From the human T2T-CHM13v2.0 reference genome, Homo sapiens, in NCBI RefSeq assembly GCF_009914755.1, contig NC_060941.1: 64,000 bases of DNA; one strand, 5' to 3'. Under the pieces are notes generated by a model that did not search any database, was not told the origin of the DNA, and saw nothing but the letters and a program-made list of their open reading frames with translations. Positions within the stretch are counted from its first letter, which is position 1; every line of letters starts with the position of its first letter. Below, piece by piece: positions 15,198 through 31,260 of the stretch. The position numbers were made by a program, and so were the translations under genes.

Positions 15198-15384
15198 AAT
15201 GGCTATGCCTTAAAAATCTAAGTCCTAGATCATTAGAATCTTAAACTAGAAAGGTTGAGGACGAGAACTTGTTCTCCCAAACATTATATAGTACTGGGTT
15301 TGGCTCTCTGATATGTGACTGCGAAATGATGGGGTGAGTGAATTTACGCAAGACTGAGACCAAATATTTTGGATATATATTTAG

Positions 15385-15550
15385 ATTACAGACTCCAGGA
15401 CAGGGTGGGGATTTTGTACGTATTACTACCTTAAAGATGATGAATAGTTTTTAGACCCTATTTGGCAGCTGGTTGGTTGACACCTGGCTGCCTGGAATAT
15501 CACAGCCACTCAATAAATATTTGTTGAATAAATGAATAAATGGATGAAAG
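15385..15550 (+). mobile_element. L2 3' end
   Basis: CACTCAATAAATATTTGTTGAATAAATGAATAAATG. Confidence 0.75.
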
Positions 15551-18455
15551 GAGATGAGGCAAGAAATTGGGGGGATGGAGGAGAGTATGTGTTAGCATCA
15601 TAGTTGTACTAATGTGGGCAATTTTGTAATGCAAAAGTGGGCCAAACCAATTTGAAAGTTTCCCGGTAATCCATGGCCACAGCCATGATTTGCAGATCTG
15701 AGACTTGCATCTCTAAAAACAAGCTATAAACATTATGACGAAGAAGATTTAGCTGATGAGACAACTTGATGACAAAAATCAGAAAAGAAGAAAGTTGGCT
15801 CAGTTAGAGTCTTTCATGATGTATATAATTCAGGACATTCTTTAGTGAGCCCTTCTTGCTGGCTCACATTGCAATCCCACATAATTATATTATGAGATTG
15901 AGCTCCTTAATTCTGTCTCCCACCTTGGTTTCCATTGCAATCCTTAGCATGATTCATTCAAGAGCAGGATATTTGCTTATTGACTCTGGTCTTCTCTTCT
16001 TATAAACAAAAGGTCCATTTTCTTCAGAAATTTCCCATTTGGTTCTCTAGGACTATGTACAAAGTAAGCTCACAAACTCTTGAAACAAAAGAACTTTAAA
16101 AACATATATTTGAAAGAAGACCACACAGGTGTCATTGGACATGAAGAAGAAGTTGCACTTTTATAGGATATGACAACAATCTGCCAAAAGACTGGGCCTT
16201 AAATTTGAAATCTCAGGAGGAGAAAAGCCATATAAATACGTTAAACATGTTAACTGAGCCTTGGTATTTATGACATAAAGCGGAACAAAATTTTATAGCA
16301 TTCGATTCCACTTTTTCTTCACAAAAACTATGTCCTGAGATATTTTGGACTCAATTTTCTTTTAGTCATTCAGAAAAAGAAACACAATACCCCTGTATCC
16401 ATTTCTGCCAAGCACTCAAGATGGAGTGTTTTCTGAAATGTTAAAAAAAATGAGTCCAACATAAACTTATTATTAATACAAACAATTTTTTTTTCCTTAG
16501 ACTAATCCTTTCACCTACATGATCTCATTCTTCTTTACAGCATTTCATGTGATAGGATATCATGTAATAGGGCTATAAAGCTCAGAAGAATCATATTTCA
16601 GATAAAAATGGAAGTTGGTAATAAACAAAGCTGGCTTGTTTCACTGAGGATGGAGCAGTATAGTAAAATGTAAACACCCCGAAAACTAAGCCTGGGTAGA
16701 AGGGTTGGAAATCCTCTCTAACACAGGCAAAGACAGCGACTCTCTTATCCTTCTACTAGAAAGAAAGAGTGAAGCCTCTGATTTGCTGATGACACATAAT
16801 ACACCCAGAATTATCTCCACTACCCCTGTGATTGCCACTCACCTTAGAATGACAAGACTTGGCCAACTGGCTTCTGTGTAATGAGCCGAATGCCATTTTA
16901 AAGTTTTATTTTGCTGTTGGTATAAACCCAGGGGAAGACACCAATCCCAACTGAAATCTAAGAAGAAGGAAGAAAATAAATGAGATCTCAGCTATGAACG
17001 ATACATCAGCCTTTCCAGAGGGGAGATGTTGGCAGAGGTCACTCCGGTCAAAGCTGAGAGTGAATCCCTCTTCTTCTTATAAGAAATCTGCGGGCTGGTG
17101 TTACATTCACTTGCCACAAAAGCAAAGCCTTAAGTCTTCCATCAGTAGCACCTGGTCTACTCCTGATGGATGAGCAGAAATAATTAAAGGTGTCAGAACT
17201 TTCTGGAAGAAATCCAGGTGACAAAATTCTCTGGGGAAAGTACATGATTACAAAGTGAACAGAGCTTAGGAACACATTTCCTCGCTTTCACTTTATGTCT
17301 CTCCTCATGTCTCCCCAGGAATATGCAATCATTTGCAAATCACTTGTCATGGCAGGAACTGTGTCTGGGCTGAAAGCCTAGGGAACAGAACAGTGTGGAT
17401 ATGGCCTCCTTCCCACAGCCCATGCACTTTCCACACCTCAATGGCACGTTTCCTCTCAAATAACACACAGTGCATGCAAGCTGTGAGAAGGGGCGGATGC
17501 AGGTAGGGAGTCATATTTAAACCAGACCTAGCTTATGCCTGAAATAGGAGGCAGCATGTATTAGTTGACATAGCAATGACCTGGGTTGACAATTTCTAAG
17601 CTCTACAAATATAAGGAGATGACTGTGCTTTATTAGCAGGACTTTTGCCCTCCTGCAGAAAGTCTGCATGGTTTCAGTCCAGACTGAATCTACTGAGCAA
17701 CAGAAGAGACACATTGCTCAGCAGGTAGGTCCTGCCACCTGTTCTCCCATACAAGGCTCACACTCTTCTCTAAATAAATGTTGGACAAATAGTTAAACAG
17801 TACTGACTTGAAGTGATGGAAAATGCATGGCTTGACTAGACCATCTACATTTCTCTCTCACCTTCAATCCAGGAAGACAGATGTGTGCTTTTCAGCACAG
17901 AAGGAAACAGCATGAAAACAAACAAGCGAGCAAGGAAACCAACAAATATAACAACAAAACCGATTATGTTGGGAACCTGAGGAAAACTTGAGGAGGAGGA
18001 GGACTTGAGAACGTTCTGGCACTGGAAAATCTTCACTTGAAGGAACCAGAAGACAGGGAAAGAACTACTCCAGGAACATTTAACAATCTAGACTCATCCA
18101 GTGTTATAGTAGGAAGGAACTAGAAATTCTGGTGTTTGGAAACATTTTCTTGGTAGATTTCTTCTTGCTTTGTATTGTTCTTCAACATGGTATAGAAAGC
18201 CTGATACTGAAACAGAAAACTGGGTACTTTTCTTGTTGGAGTGAGGGAGGCAGCAGGGGCTTGTGTCTGTAGAGTCCTCTTGGATGACTCTCAGTGGTGA
18301 ATTCCACAGGACCAAAGGTTTGAAAGAATGCAAATTGGGCTCATTTTCAGATGAGAATAAAAGGCCTCAAGGTTCTTATTAGAAAGAATCGTTGACCTAT
18401 TAAATAAAAAACAAATAAATCCAATTCAATGAATTAAGATTTTCAAGAGACGTCA

Positions 18456-18979
<524 letters not shown>

Positions 18980-19899
18980 CTATGAGCTATGCAGTGAAGA
19001 GAAGCAGATCGTATGCTCTGGGAGCTTACATTGGAGAAAGTTTTCATTTAACCATGGAGATACTCAGGGTGCCTTTAAACAAGGTCTGATATCATGGGTA
19101 GCGTTGGGGTCTATGCGGGGGTGGACATCAGGTGGGAAAAGGTCAAGTGGAAGAGCTGAGAAACAAAAACGCAAAGTGTGTACAGACTGCAGTAGGTAAT
19201 TGGGATTTATATTTTGTATGAAGAAATTCCTGGAAAGTAACATTAAAGATTTTTAAATGTGAGCTTAAAGAATGTAACTTTTACTCTGTGGGTGAATTAC
19301 CATTTTGAGATGGGAAGTGGCAGAAAATCAGAGCTGAGATTTAGGAAGATTAGTCTGGCAGAGGTTTTCAGAATGGCTGATTGAAGGGACGGACTTCAAA
19401 AAATTGAATAGTGACAGAATAGAAAGAAAAAGACATGTGTGAGATGAATGACCACTGAGTTATTGTTCCAACACAGTCAATATAATGCAACCACGACTCA
19501 ATGAGATGGCACATGAGAAAAAACTCCATTAACTTTTAGTGCTAATTAAATGGCAGAGAAAGAAGCCATTAAGGGATGGGGTGCTGTGGGTCAAAAACTT
19601 GGAATTCTAATCTCAACTTTGAGGCCCTGATTAATGACTATGTGTAACAATTTCCTTATAAAATTAAGAGGTAAAACAGTGTCTTGGGAAGAATCAAGTT
19701 AGTAACACAGGTTTAACCTGACTTTCCCAGAACTTACAAGGCTGGGTGCAAATGCAGTCCAAGTAGCATTAACACCAAACAAACAAATAAACAAGCAAAC
19801 AAAACCCAGAACCTCAAGGCTGAATCCACCTCACTGCAGGGCACTATGACCTCAACTCCTTCTGAAGTCTATGCCCCTTACTTATGGTACTTTCCAGAG

Positions 19900-20570
19900 A
19901 GGGCTACCAGATTTAGCACACATGTACAAAAGTTGCAAAATGCTCAGGTAAATTTTAATTTCAGATAAGCATGCATTTTTTAATATAAATATGTTCCAAA
20001 TGGGATATCTGCCTTGGTCACTTCTCTACTCCATTGGTGAGGGAGGAGTCCCATCTTATGGTTATGGGGATGGTCAAACATATGACACCTGACATTAGAG
20101 AGATGAGATTGGCAGCAGCTTATTAGTCACATACAACCTGGTATGGGAGAACTCTGCACGCCACGCAGGGCCACCTGGAGGTTAAACTTGGGAACCGAGT
20201 AAACATAACAGGAGCCATGGGAAGCAGGCTTTGTAGTATCAAGAGGGTGAGGTGAGCCTTGTCTCTGGCAGGAGAATGAAATTGGCTTGTTTGAACAATT
20301 CCATGGACTGGCAAGGAACTGAAGCCCATTATCTAGGGAAAGGCAGGCACTGTGCCTGGTTTTCATGAAAAGGAGGGCTGATTGGCTGGCAAATTTTATC
20401 TGTGGAATACAGTGAAGAGGGGAACTTGCAGTTAGGCCATTTAAGACCCTCTTAGTTTTAAACATTAAGGCAACACGTAATACTGATTTTAGGTCTCGTA
20501 CCACAATATCATTCATTGTTCATCTGAAATGAAAATGTAACTGGGTGTTCTATATTTTATTTGACCAGCT
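19900..20570. mobile_element. MER53 hAT-type palindromic MITE split by an LTR
   Basis: Left arm AGGGCTACCAGATTTAGCA...AATTTCAGATAAG; right arm TTCATCTGAAATGAAAATGTAACTGGGTGTTCTATATTTTATTTG. Confidence 0.8.
20010..20505 (-). mobile_element. Solo ERVL LTR (LTR53/MER54-like)
   Basis: TG...CA termini, perfect 5-bp TSD ATATC (20005-20009, 20506-20510); CACGCCACGCAGGGCCAC motif. Confidence 0.85.
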
Positions 20571-21147
20571 TGTTTCTGTGGGTTGCTTCACATGAATATC
20601 CATCAGCCTCACTTTTCTTGGGTACAGTTGGCCACTTGAAATGCTCTGCTACTAGTGCCATTCATAAGAACCTGCTCTGAGGCCTTTCTTGCCCATCATT
20701 AACCACAGCATCTCTGCAGGTGTGAGCCTACGCTCCTGGCTCTCAGGGCCAGATGCTTTGAAACCTGTGGCAGAATGTGTTAGGACCGTTCCATATTGAT
20801 ATCTCATTCTTTGAATGGGCCTGAAGAATCACAGAGCCTATAACCAAGACTCAAGCGTCATCCAGAAATACAATTACCCTCACTTTTGTCCTTAACCTCT
20901 TTATCCTCAGAGTTTAAATCTAATTCCTCAGGCTGACATAAGACATGAATGCCTCTCCAATAGACCTTTGTTCTTCCCCAAGTTTTTCTTGCTCAAACAC
21001 AACTCTTCTTTCGGTCACCAAACATCCAAATCCTATAAGACATCCTTGGGGGAACATCTCTGCATCTTCTCTACACGGCCAAGATTCCCTGTAACCTGGG
21101 GGGTTCTCACCAGAGCTACTTACAGGTGGCTAGATAATCTGTAAGAT

Positions 21148-21623
21148 CTTTTTCTTCTCCTTCTCCTCCTCCTCCTCCTCCTCCTCCTTCTTCTTCTTCT
21201 TCTTCTTCTTCTCCTCCTCCTCCTCTTTCTCCTCTTCCTTCTTCTTCTTCTTCTTCTTCTTCTCCTCCTCCTCCTCCTCCTCCTCCTCCTCCTTCTTCTT
21301 CTTCTTCTTCTTCTTCTTCTTCTTCTCCTCCTCCTCCTCTTTCTCCTCTTCCTTCTCCTCCTCCTCCTTCTCCTTCTCCTTCTTCCTCTTCTTCTGTTTT
21401 TTGAGACAGGATCTTGCTCTGTCTCCCAGGCTGAAGAGGGCAGTGGCGCCCCTTCCTCTTCCCCTTCCCCTTCCCCCTCCACTGCCTCCTCCTCCTCCTC
21501 TTCCTCTTCCCCTTCTTCTTCCCCTTCTCCTTCTCCTTCTTCCCCTTCTCCTTCTCCTTCTCCTTCTTCCCCTTCTCCTTCTCCTTCTCCTTCTCCTTCT
21601 TCTTCTTCCTCTTCTTCTTCTTC
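21148..21623. repeat. (CTT)n/(CCT)n/CCCTT compound pyrimidine tract with an embedded Alu-end copy
   Basis: Almost pure C/T apart from the Alu piece at 21397-21450; longest pure run (CTT)11 at 21292-21324. Confidence 0.95.
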
Positions 21624-21828
21624 ACAGGATCTTGCTCTGTCTTCTAGGCTGAAGAGGCCGGTGGCACGCAATCATAGCTCACTGCAGCCTGGAACTCCCA
21701 GACTCAAACAATCCTCCTGCCTCAGCCTCCTGAGTAGCTCCCAAGAACCACAGGCACACGCCACCATGCCTAGGTAATTTTTTAATTTTTTGTAAAGATA
21801 AGGTCTCACTATGTTGCCCAGGCTGACC
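21624..21828 (-). mobile_element. AluJ, 5' truncated
   Basis: ACAGGATCTTGCTCTGTC...ATCATAGCTCACTGCAGCC...GGTCTCACTATGTTGCCCAGGCTG. Confidence 0.9.
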
Positions 21829-22526
21829 TGTAAGGTGTTAACTGGTATTTTCTTTCTGGGTCTGTGGGAGGCTGAGGGAATCAAGCTTTGTGTTCTGCAT
21901 TCTTAGTGCTTTGCCTCAGTGGGTTGTTAATGGTTTTTGTGTAACAGGACAAAATGTCTCAAATCTTAGAAGCAGATATTTTGGTGGGGAGCGTGCTCTG
22001 ATAAGCCTAAACGGGTTAAAGGCTTTACATTTTTTGTTTGTTTTGTAACTGACAGAAACTCCTACCCCTGAGAGGAAAGAAGATCTTTTGTGGGGTGAGT
22101 CAGGGATGCAGGGTTATGAGAGCTGTGACTTTGGAAGCCACAGGGAAGGACCCACTTGCTTCTCATAGAAACAGCTGAGCTACCTGACTTTAAGCAACTG
22201 TGTGTGCTTGGAAAGTAGCCCATTGGGGAGGACCTCAATTGTTATTCATTATTTACACAACAAATACATATTGAGGACCTTCTATGTGTCAGCTTTCTGG
22301 TGAGTGCAAAAGACATATTTTACTTTTTGGAGTCTACAGTTTAGTAAATCATAATCAGTCCAAGCAATGAATAGTGTTGGCCTTCTGTAGTTGGTCAAAG
22401 AACTCAGTGCTTCTACCAATAATTTATATGGAAACATAGAAAGTAAGGGAGGTTTTTAAATATGACCGTGTCATATGCTTGCTTAAATTCCTTCACTGGC
22501 TCAGCATTACATCCAGATAAAAATAA

Positions 22527-22819
<293 letters not shown>

Positions 22820-23231
22820 TGAGCTAAAGATAAAATTAATGAATACATCCTTGAAGTCCTGCTTAATCAGGCCCGCCTACCTCCTAATACTCATCTTGCT
22901 CCACACTGGCTTTTGTTGTCTCTCCCACAGGTCTTGTTCTTCCTGCCAGAAAGTCAGGACACACACGGTCCCCTCTGCCGGAGGGCCCCCCTCTATTTCT
23001 CACCTCATTAACTTCAGTTGCACTGCCCCATGTTGAAACCACAAGCCACATGTGGCTATTGAACATTTGAAATGTGGTTTGTCTAAATTATAAAATAGAC
23101 TCTAGATTTCAAAGACTTAATGCAAAAAAAGACATAAAATACCTCAATAGCTTTGTATTGATTATATGCTGAAATGATATTTTGGATGTAATGGATTAGG
23201 TGTAATATATTATTAAAATTAATTTCACTTT

Positions 23232-23960
23232 TTTCTTTTTTAGTAAAACAGCTCTAACAACTCTAAAAAAAGCTTTAATAAAGAAGTCATAAAATCTCAC
23301 CACTCAAAATTCTTGCCCTAGATTTTGTTCCCTTTCTCCCATTCTTTATTTTGAATGTATTTTTATTCTTTTTTCCTGTTTTTTTAATTGATAAAAATGG
23401 CTTACATATATGGTGTACAACATTATGTTGTAATATACATTGTAAAATGGCAATTGACATAAGAATCATCTCACATACTTACCATTTTTTATAATGACAA
23501 CACTTAAAATCTAGTCTCTTAGCAATTTTATTTTTTTTTATAGGCGGGATCTTACTATGCTGCTCAGGCTGGAGTGCGGTGGCACCCTAACTCAGCTCAC
23601 TGCAGCCTTGACATTCTGGGCACAAGCAATCCTCTCACATCAGCCTCCTGGGTAACTGGGACAATAGGCATAAGCCACAATGCCCAGCTAATTTTTAAAA
23701 CTTTTGTAGAGATGGGATCTCGCTGTGCTGTCCAGGCTGGTCTTGAACACCTGGGCGTAAGTGACCTTTCTGCCTCAGCCTCCGAAAGTACTGGGATTAC
23801 AGGCATGAGCTACCACATCTGGTGGCAATTTTCAAGTATACAGCTATTGTACCATGCTGTACAATAGATTTCTTGAACATATTCCTCCTGTCTGGCTGAA
23901 ATTCTGTGCTCTGTGACTCTGTGACCAGTATCTTCCCAATCCCTCACACGTCCCTCAGTC
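23232..23960 (-). mobile_element. L1MA-type 3' fragment with extra 3' sequence (candidate transduction)
   Basis: L1MA end TTTAATTGA...CCTCCTGTCTGGCTGAAATT; TSD TAATTTCACTTT at 23220-23231 and 23961-23972. Confidence 0.85.
23530..23824 (-). mobile_element. AluJ inserted in L1MA
   Basis: Diverged dimer with AluJ motifs (CTCACTGCAGCCTTGAC, TTTGTAGAGATGGGATCTCGCT); TSD GCAATTTT. Confidence 0.92.
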
Positions 23961-23987
23961 TAATTTCACTTTAAAAAAATATGTTTT

Positions 23988-24415
<428 letters not shown>

Positions 24416-24689
24416 CTAAATAAATTGCTCCCATTTCATGTCTTCATGGCCTCTGCTGACCACAGCTCTTAGCACACTCACCTGTGTGATATTTGACTTA
24501 TGTCTGCACCATCAGTAGAGCATTGGCACCATGAATGTGGGAACCAGTTTTGCTCATCATTGACTCTCCAGCACCAAATGCAGTTCTTACTCCTTTGATC
24601 AATTCAATATGTATTTAAATAAGTAAATGAGTGATGTTTACATGAAAGGACATTTACAATTGGCTGTTAACACAGAGCTAGGGATGAGG

Positions 24690-25700
<1,011 letters not shown>

Positions 25701-26123
25701 TTATGGGGCACCTGCCAGAGGCAGGGAAGTCTATCTCCCACAGCCCCGATTCACTGTGTTTGGGTGACCCTCAAGGGATTGTCAACTCTGTACCTGGACA
25801 GAAGGTGAGTGAGAGGCTACCATGGAGCCACCTGGGTTGGGAGCTGCTGCCCAAATTCCCTTTCCCGGAAATAACAGGGCATGTGTGTGCCTGGCCCACC
25901 CCAGGGTACAGAGGGTGATGGCAAAAGGCAGAGGTTTTCTCCCCTCAGCTGACATGGCCCAGTTGCCACTTGGACAGCAGCAACCATCGATGTGTGGAAG
26001 GTCAGGGATGGGGAGGCCAGGCAGGGCCTGGGGCCAGGAGACAGAGATCATGCAACCAGAAACCCAACCTAGGGAGGGTGGGAAGCAGTGGGAAGGGAGA
26101 CTAAATGTGAGTCAAAGCTCTAA

Positions 26124-26631
<508 letters not shown>

Positions 26632-29177
26632 CTGGATGGCTTATTCTTTGGTCAGTCGTCAGTCTGGTTTGGATCTGAATGCACAGTTCAGGGGATAAAG
26701 ATGACAATGAGAAGACCATGTCAGCTGCATCAGAGAAAAGATTTTCTGCTGGAACAGGTGATCAGATATTCCAAGAAAAGGGGTGGAAGCCCTGCTGTGT
26801 GAATGATGAGAGTAGCTCAGCCAAGTCATACGGAGGCCTTGAAGAAGGGAATGGCAGTTGCATTGAGCTGAGAGAGTGAACACAGGAGACGCTACCTGAC
26901 CCTGGCTCTCGACTTCATCTCTGGTTTCAGTGACATGGCTCCCTGCTCACATTTGAGAGATTTGTTTCATCCCTAATAGCACATGAACACATAAAACATT
27001 TTTCTTTTATGCCCAAATCAAGGCCGCAGGGCTCAGTATCTGTTCTTCTCACTTCTCTGTGGTCTCTCAGGTATTTGCCCAGTGATTATTGAAGAATTAC
27101 TTTATGCTTATTCTCCTGGGAATATGAAAAAAAAATCACACTCAAGTTTTCATTGTCTGAATTTAAATGATAATAATTTAAAACACACATGTCTTAAAAA
27201 GCAACCAACACCATCTCTGTTTGATCATTGTAATGGGGAGTAAATAGCTCTCTCCAGATTTCGGTCATTATACACAGTTATTTGTTTCTATTTATTATTA
27301 AAATATTTTCCTGCTATCTCATATGGAACAGCTTTTGAAGATTCCTGTGAGCCACAGCTGGAAAATTCCTTCTTTGAAGTGCCCCATTTATTCATCTTTT
27401 GTCAGTGGCAGGCCCTTTATGCTCAGACATTTAACACTTTTCACAGTTATTTCAAAATCTATTTCATTTGACGTAGAGTCAATTTATCATTCTGCACACA
27501 TTCCCATTTCTCTTTTCCCTCAATTTCTCTCACTTTGGCATTCTTCTAAGTTCATCCGAGTGCCTTTTTTTTTTCCTTTCAAGCTGTATTTTGGAGCCTT
27601 GAAAAAGACACTGAAAGCCACTGCTTCAAAATATCCATACCTGCAATTTTTCTGTGGGTCCTGATTAGGCCCAGAGCATATCAAAGATGACTAAGAAAAG
27701 CTGAAGACTGGAACTTACGAATTTGCCTAATAATAAGACCAACTGCTCTCTGACATAAATCGGAAGTAGTTCATTGAAACATATCAGTTTGACTCTAGAA
27801 TTAATGTGTGGCTGTGATTGGTTAGCCTGGGAGCTAAATATTTTTACCCCAGGCTTTCTCAATGGACCAGTTCTGCATATGGGCAAAATTTGCATCAAGT
27901 TGTCTAGGTGTGAAATGAACCAAGGTGATAATCCCATCGTTCTGAGACTATTTCAGTTTTAGCACAGAGTATCTCTCAGCAACAGCTATACAAAAGGACT
28001 TTTTTCTTTACATTCATTTTAACTGAGTATGACTATTTTTCAGTTGACTTAATCAGGAGAAAAGACAATTTAGTATAATGGAAATCCAGATAGTTGATAC
28101 CTTGGGATCATTCTCTTATTTGGTATGATAGCAGACACGGCATAAACTCAGCAAAAAATGCTTACCTACTAGCTAACTTCTGGCTACTAACAATACAAAT
28201 AACATTTAAGTTTGCATAAATCTTAGGAGGTAATCATTTCGTTGTACATTGCACACATCGGAACTCTGAGGAATTTCTTTTCAGTTTGGAAAAATTCTCA
28301 TAAGAGCTTCTTATAACAAGCTTTTATTAATGTCATGATACATGCTCAACTTTCATCAATGTTCTATAGATGTTTGAAATGTAATATAATCTATGTGTAA
28401 ATTTAAAATATTTAAAAAACTTTAAATTCTTAATATTTTTACTGTGCTCATTTACTTTTGTCTAATTGGTCTATCAAAGTCCAAAAAGACATTAAAAATT
28501 TCATTCAAATTGTATTTTTATTAATTTCTCTGTGTTTGTTTTATAGTTACAGTGGCATCTGTAATTTGGCATCTAAATATTGACGACCACATCTTCAATG
28601 TGGGTTATATTTTGATTGATTTTCTAAAATCAGCCTCTTTTCAGCACTTATTATTATTAACATTTGCCTCAATTTTCTACTTTGTCTACGTCGGAAAGCA
28701 GCTCCCATGCATGAGGTTGAAGACTAGATAAGTTGACTCCTGGTTGGAGCAGACGTTGGGACAATGAGTGGTGGGAGAATGTCACCCTCGAGCCACTCTT
28801 TCATGTCCTCTCTGATTTATTAGAAAGACTCTCTCCTGGTGGCCTTTGAAGTGGATCTGCACTGTTTTCTCAATCCAGCTCCACTGATCTTAAATTTAGC
28901 AGAAGTTCCTCTAGAGATGTGTCATTACCTTGCCGGCTGGACATAGTTTTCAGTGTTGTCATGACTTTTCTTGTTTTATTATAACAGAAAATATGTGTAT
29001 TCAAATAATACAAAGTTTATGACTCTGGGATCCAGGAATGAGAATAATCATATCAGGTAGCAAGAAGCTATGGAAACAGCAATTAGACCTAAATGCAGGG
29101 ATTAAAACCCTCTTAGACCTCAGTGGAAAGTATCTTTTTATCTTAAGAACCAGGCAAGTAATACATTTACTCTGTAG

Positions 29178-29479
<302 letters not shown>

Positions 29480-31212
29480 CACGTTGCAATTTAAAAACTA
29501 GGAATGTGGGTTAAGCTTCCCCTATCAGTACCCAGTAATTATGAAATTCCAAAGTTCTAATTAGTATGACAGTGAAATCCTACGATTCCCTACTATAGCT
29601 AAAAATGGTTTTGCTCTTAAGATCTAAGTCACAGTATTTGGGAAGCAAATGAAGAGGTCAGGTTGTTTCCCCAGAATTAGCGTCAGATTGGCAGAGGATG
29701 GTCAAGTGATATGAGGGGCTGCATTTTAATCATCTACAACAGCACATAAATAATTCAGACCTCCATGAGTTGCTTTTCCTTAGACAAGAATACCTTAAAA
29801 AATTCCATCCCTCCTATCAATATTGCAAGCCTATTTTTAAGCCTGTTATTCCCCAGAAATACTCCAATTTCTTTTTTCTAACTCAGAACTTTCCAAAAGT
29901 AAAGTATCTATCAAAAGAACATCTGAGAGTATAAAGTTGGTCCCTCTTTCAAAGGGGAATCAACCAAAATTGGGAAGAAATGAAGCATTGAGTAAGTCCT
30001 GTTTTAGATGCAATCAGATCTAGATACAATCTGAAAGATGGAATTTAAAATATTTGGGCAATTCCTCATCCTTATCTTCATCACGCTTGGACTGGAGGTC
30101 TGGCTGATGCATGCAGCACTTACCGTCCACACCAAAGGAAATCCCAGATCTTTACAGCACCTGGAGAAGAAAGTCATCATCTTGACACACCATTTGTTAT
30201 AGTGAAAAGTCTTTACATAACCATCTGTTTCTTATAAACGTGTTTATTTGCTCACCCTCGAGGAGCAGGATCTTGGCTAAGGAGTCCCCAGTGGCATAAG
30301 GAACGTCATGATTATCATCAGCATCTTCAAGGGCTGACGATGAAAGCCATGCTGTTTAGTTTCTTCATCATGTAAATCAAGACACATAGGTCTTACTAAA
30401 TGTTTGTTCAATGATTCATGTCGATGTAGTCAATGTCCAAAAATTGTTTTCAATCGCACAAAGATCCAGAGGTAAAAACATGAATATTTTGTAGTGTAGT
30501 GTGTCTCTATGCATCATTAAAATAACTGGTTTAAAAGTAAAATTTATAAACATATAGCAAAGGCCAGGACACAAGGGAATGGCATTCTTAAACACCGTGT
30601 TGGGGACAGTGAATTGGTTTGGCATTTGTGGAAAGGAATCTAGCAATGTCTATCTACAAAAGGTAGATATGTTCTCTGACCCAGCAATCTACCTACACAA
30701 ATTTGATGCACGGAAGTGAGACCTAGGATTAAATACATGTGTATGGAACACCTGTTGTGTGCCATATCTGAGTTGGTGGCTTCACATTTATCTCATTTAA
30801 TACATCTAGTGTAGTCAGAAATGTGTCAGTTGATTTCATGGCTCTTTGTAAGCAAAGTTTTAAGTAGTTGCAAAGAAGAAAATTTGGAACACATGATGCC
30901 TTGAAATTTAAAAATTTGCTTCTGTGAATTTCACAGAACTGTGCTCAACAAACAAACAAAAAACAAGGACAGGAAGAAGGAAAAAAGAACCCAGAGATAA
31001 TTGTGAGCTTAGAAACCAGAATCAGTTCTCCCTAGAGACTCATTTTTAAAAATTCACAGTTTTAATAAAATCTACTCTGAACAGAGCTGTTTGTGACATA
31101 TTGCCAGCCGTCAGTTATTTCACTTGAAGAATTTCCATGTTCTTTACTTCCTTTTCGTTCCTTTGACCCATGCATACTCACCTCAAAGCAAGGTTCTTTT
31201 CCTTAAAATATG

Positions 31213-31217
31213 CACAC

Positions 31218-31259
<42 letters not shown>
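31213..31259. repeat. (CA)n microsatellite, ~23 units, one CG interruption
   Basis: Read directly from the sequence. Confidence 0.97.

Positions 31260-31260
<1 letters not shown>

Noticed and set aside
21116-21671. Longest ORFs (169-183 aa; poly-E/G/R/K)
   Set aside because: Stop-free translations of a GAA/GAG simple repeat plus Alu; no coding evidence.
27030-27050. AGTATCTGTTCTT matching part of U2 snRNA
   Set aside because: Only 13 nt, and the flanks do not match U2.
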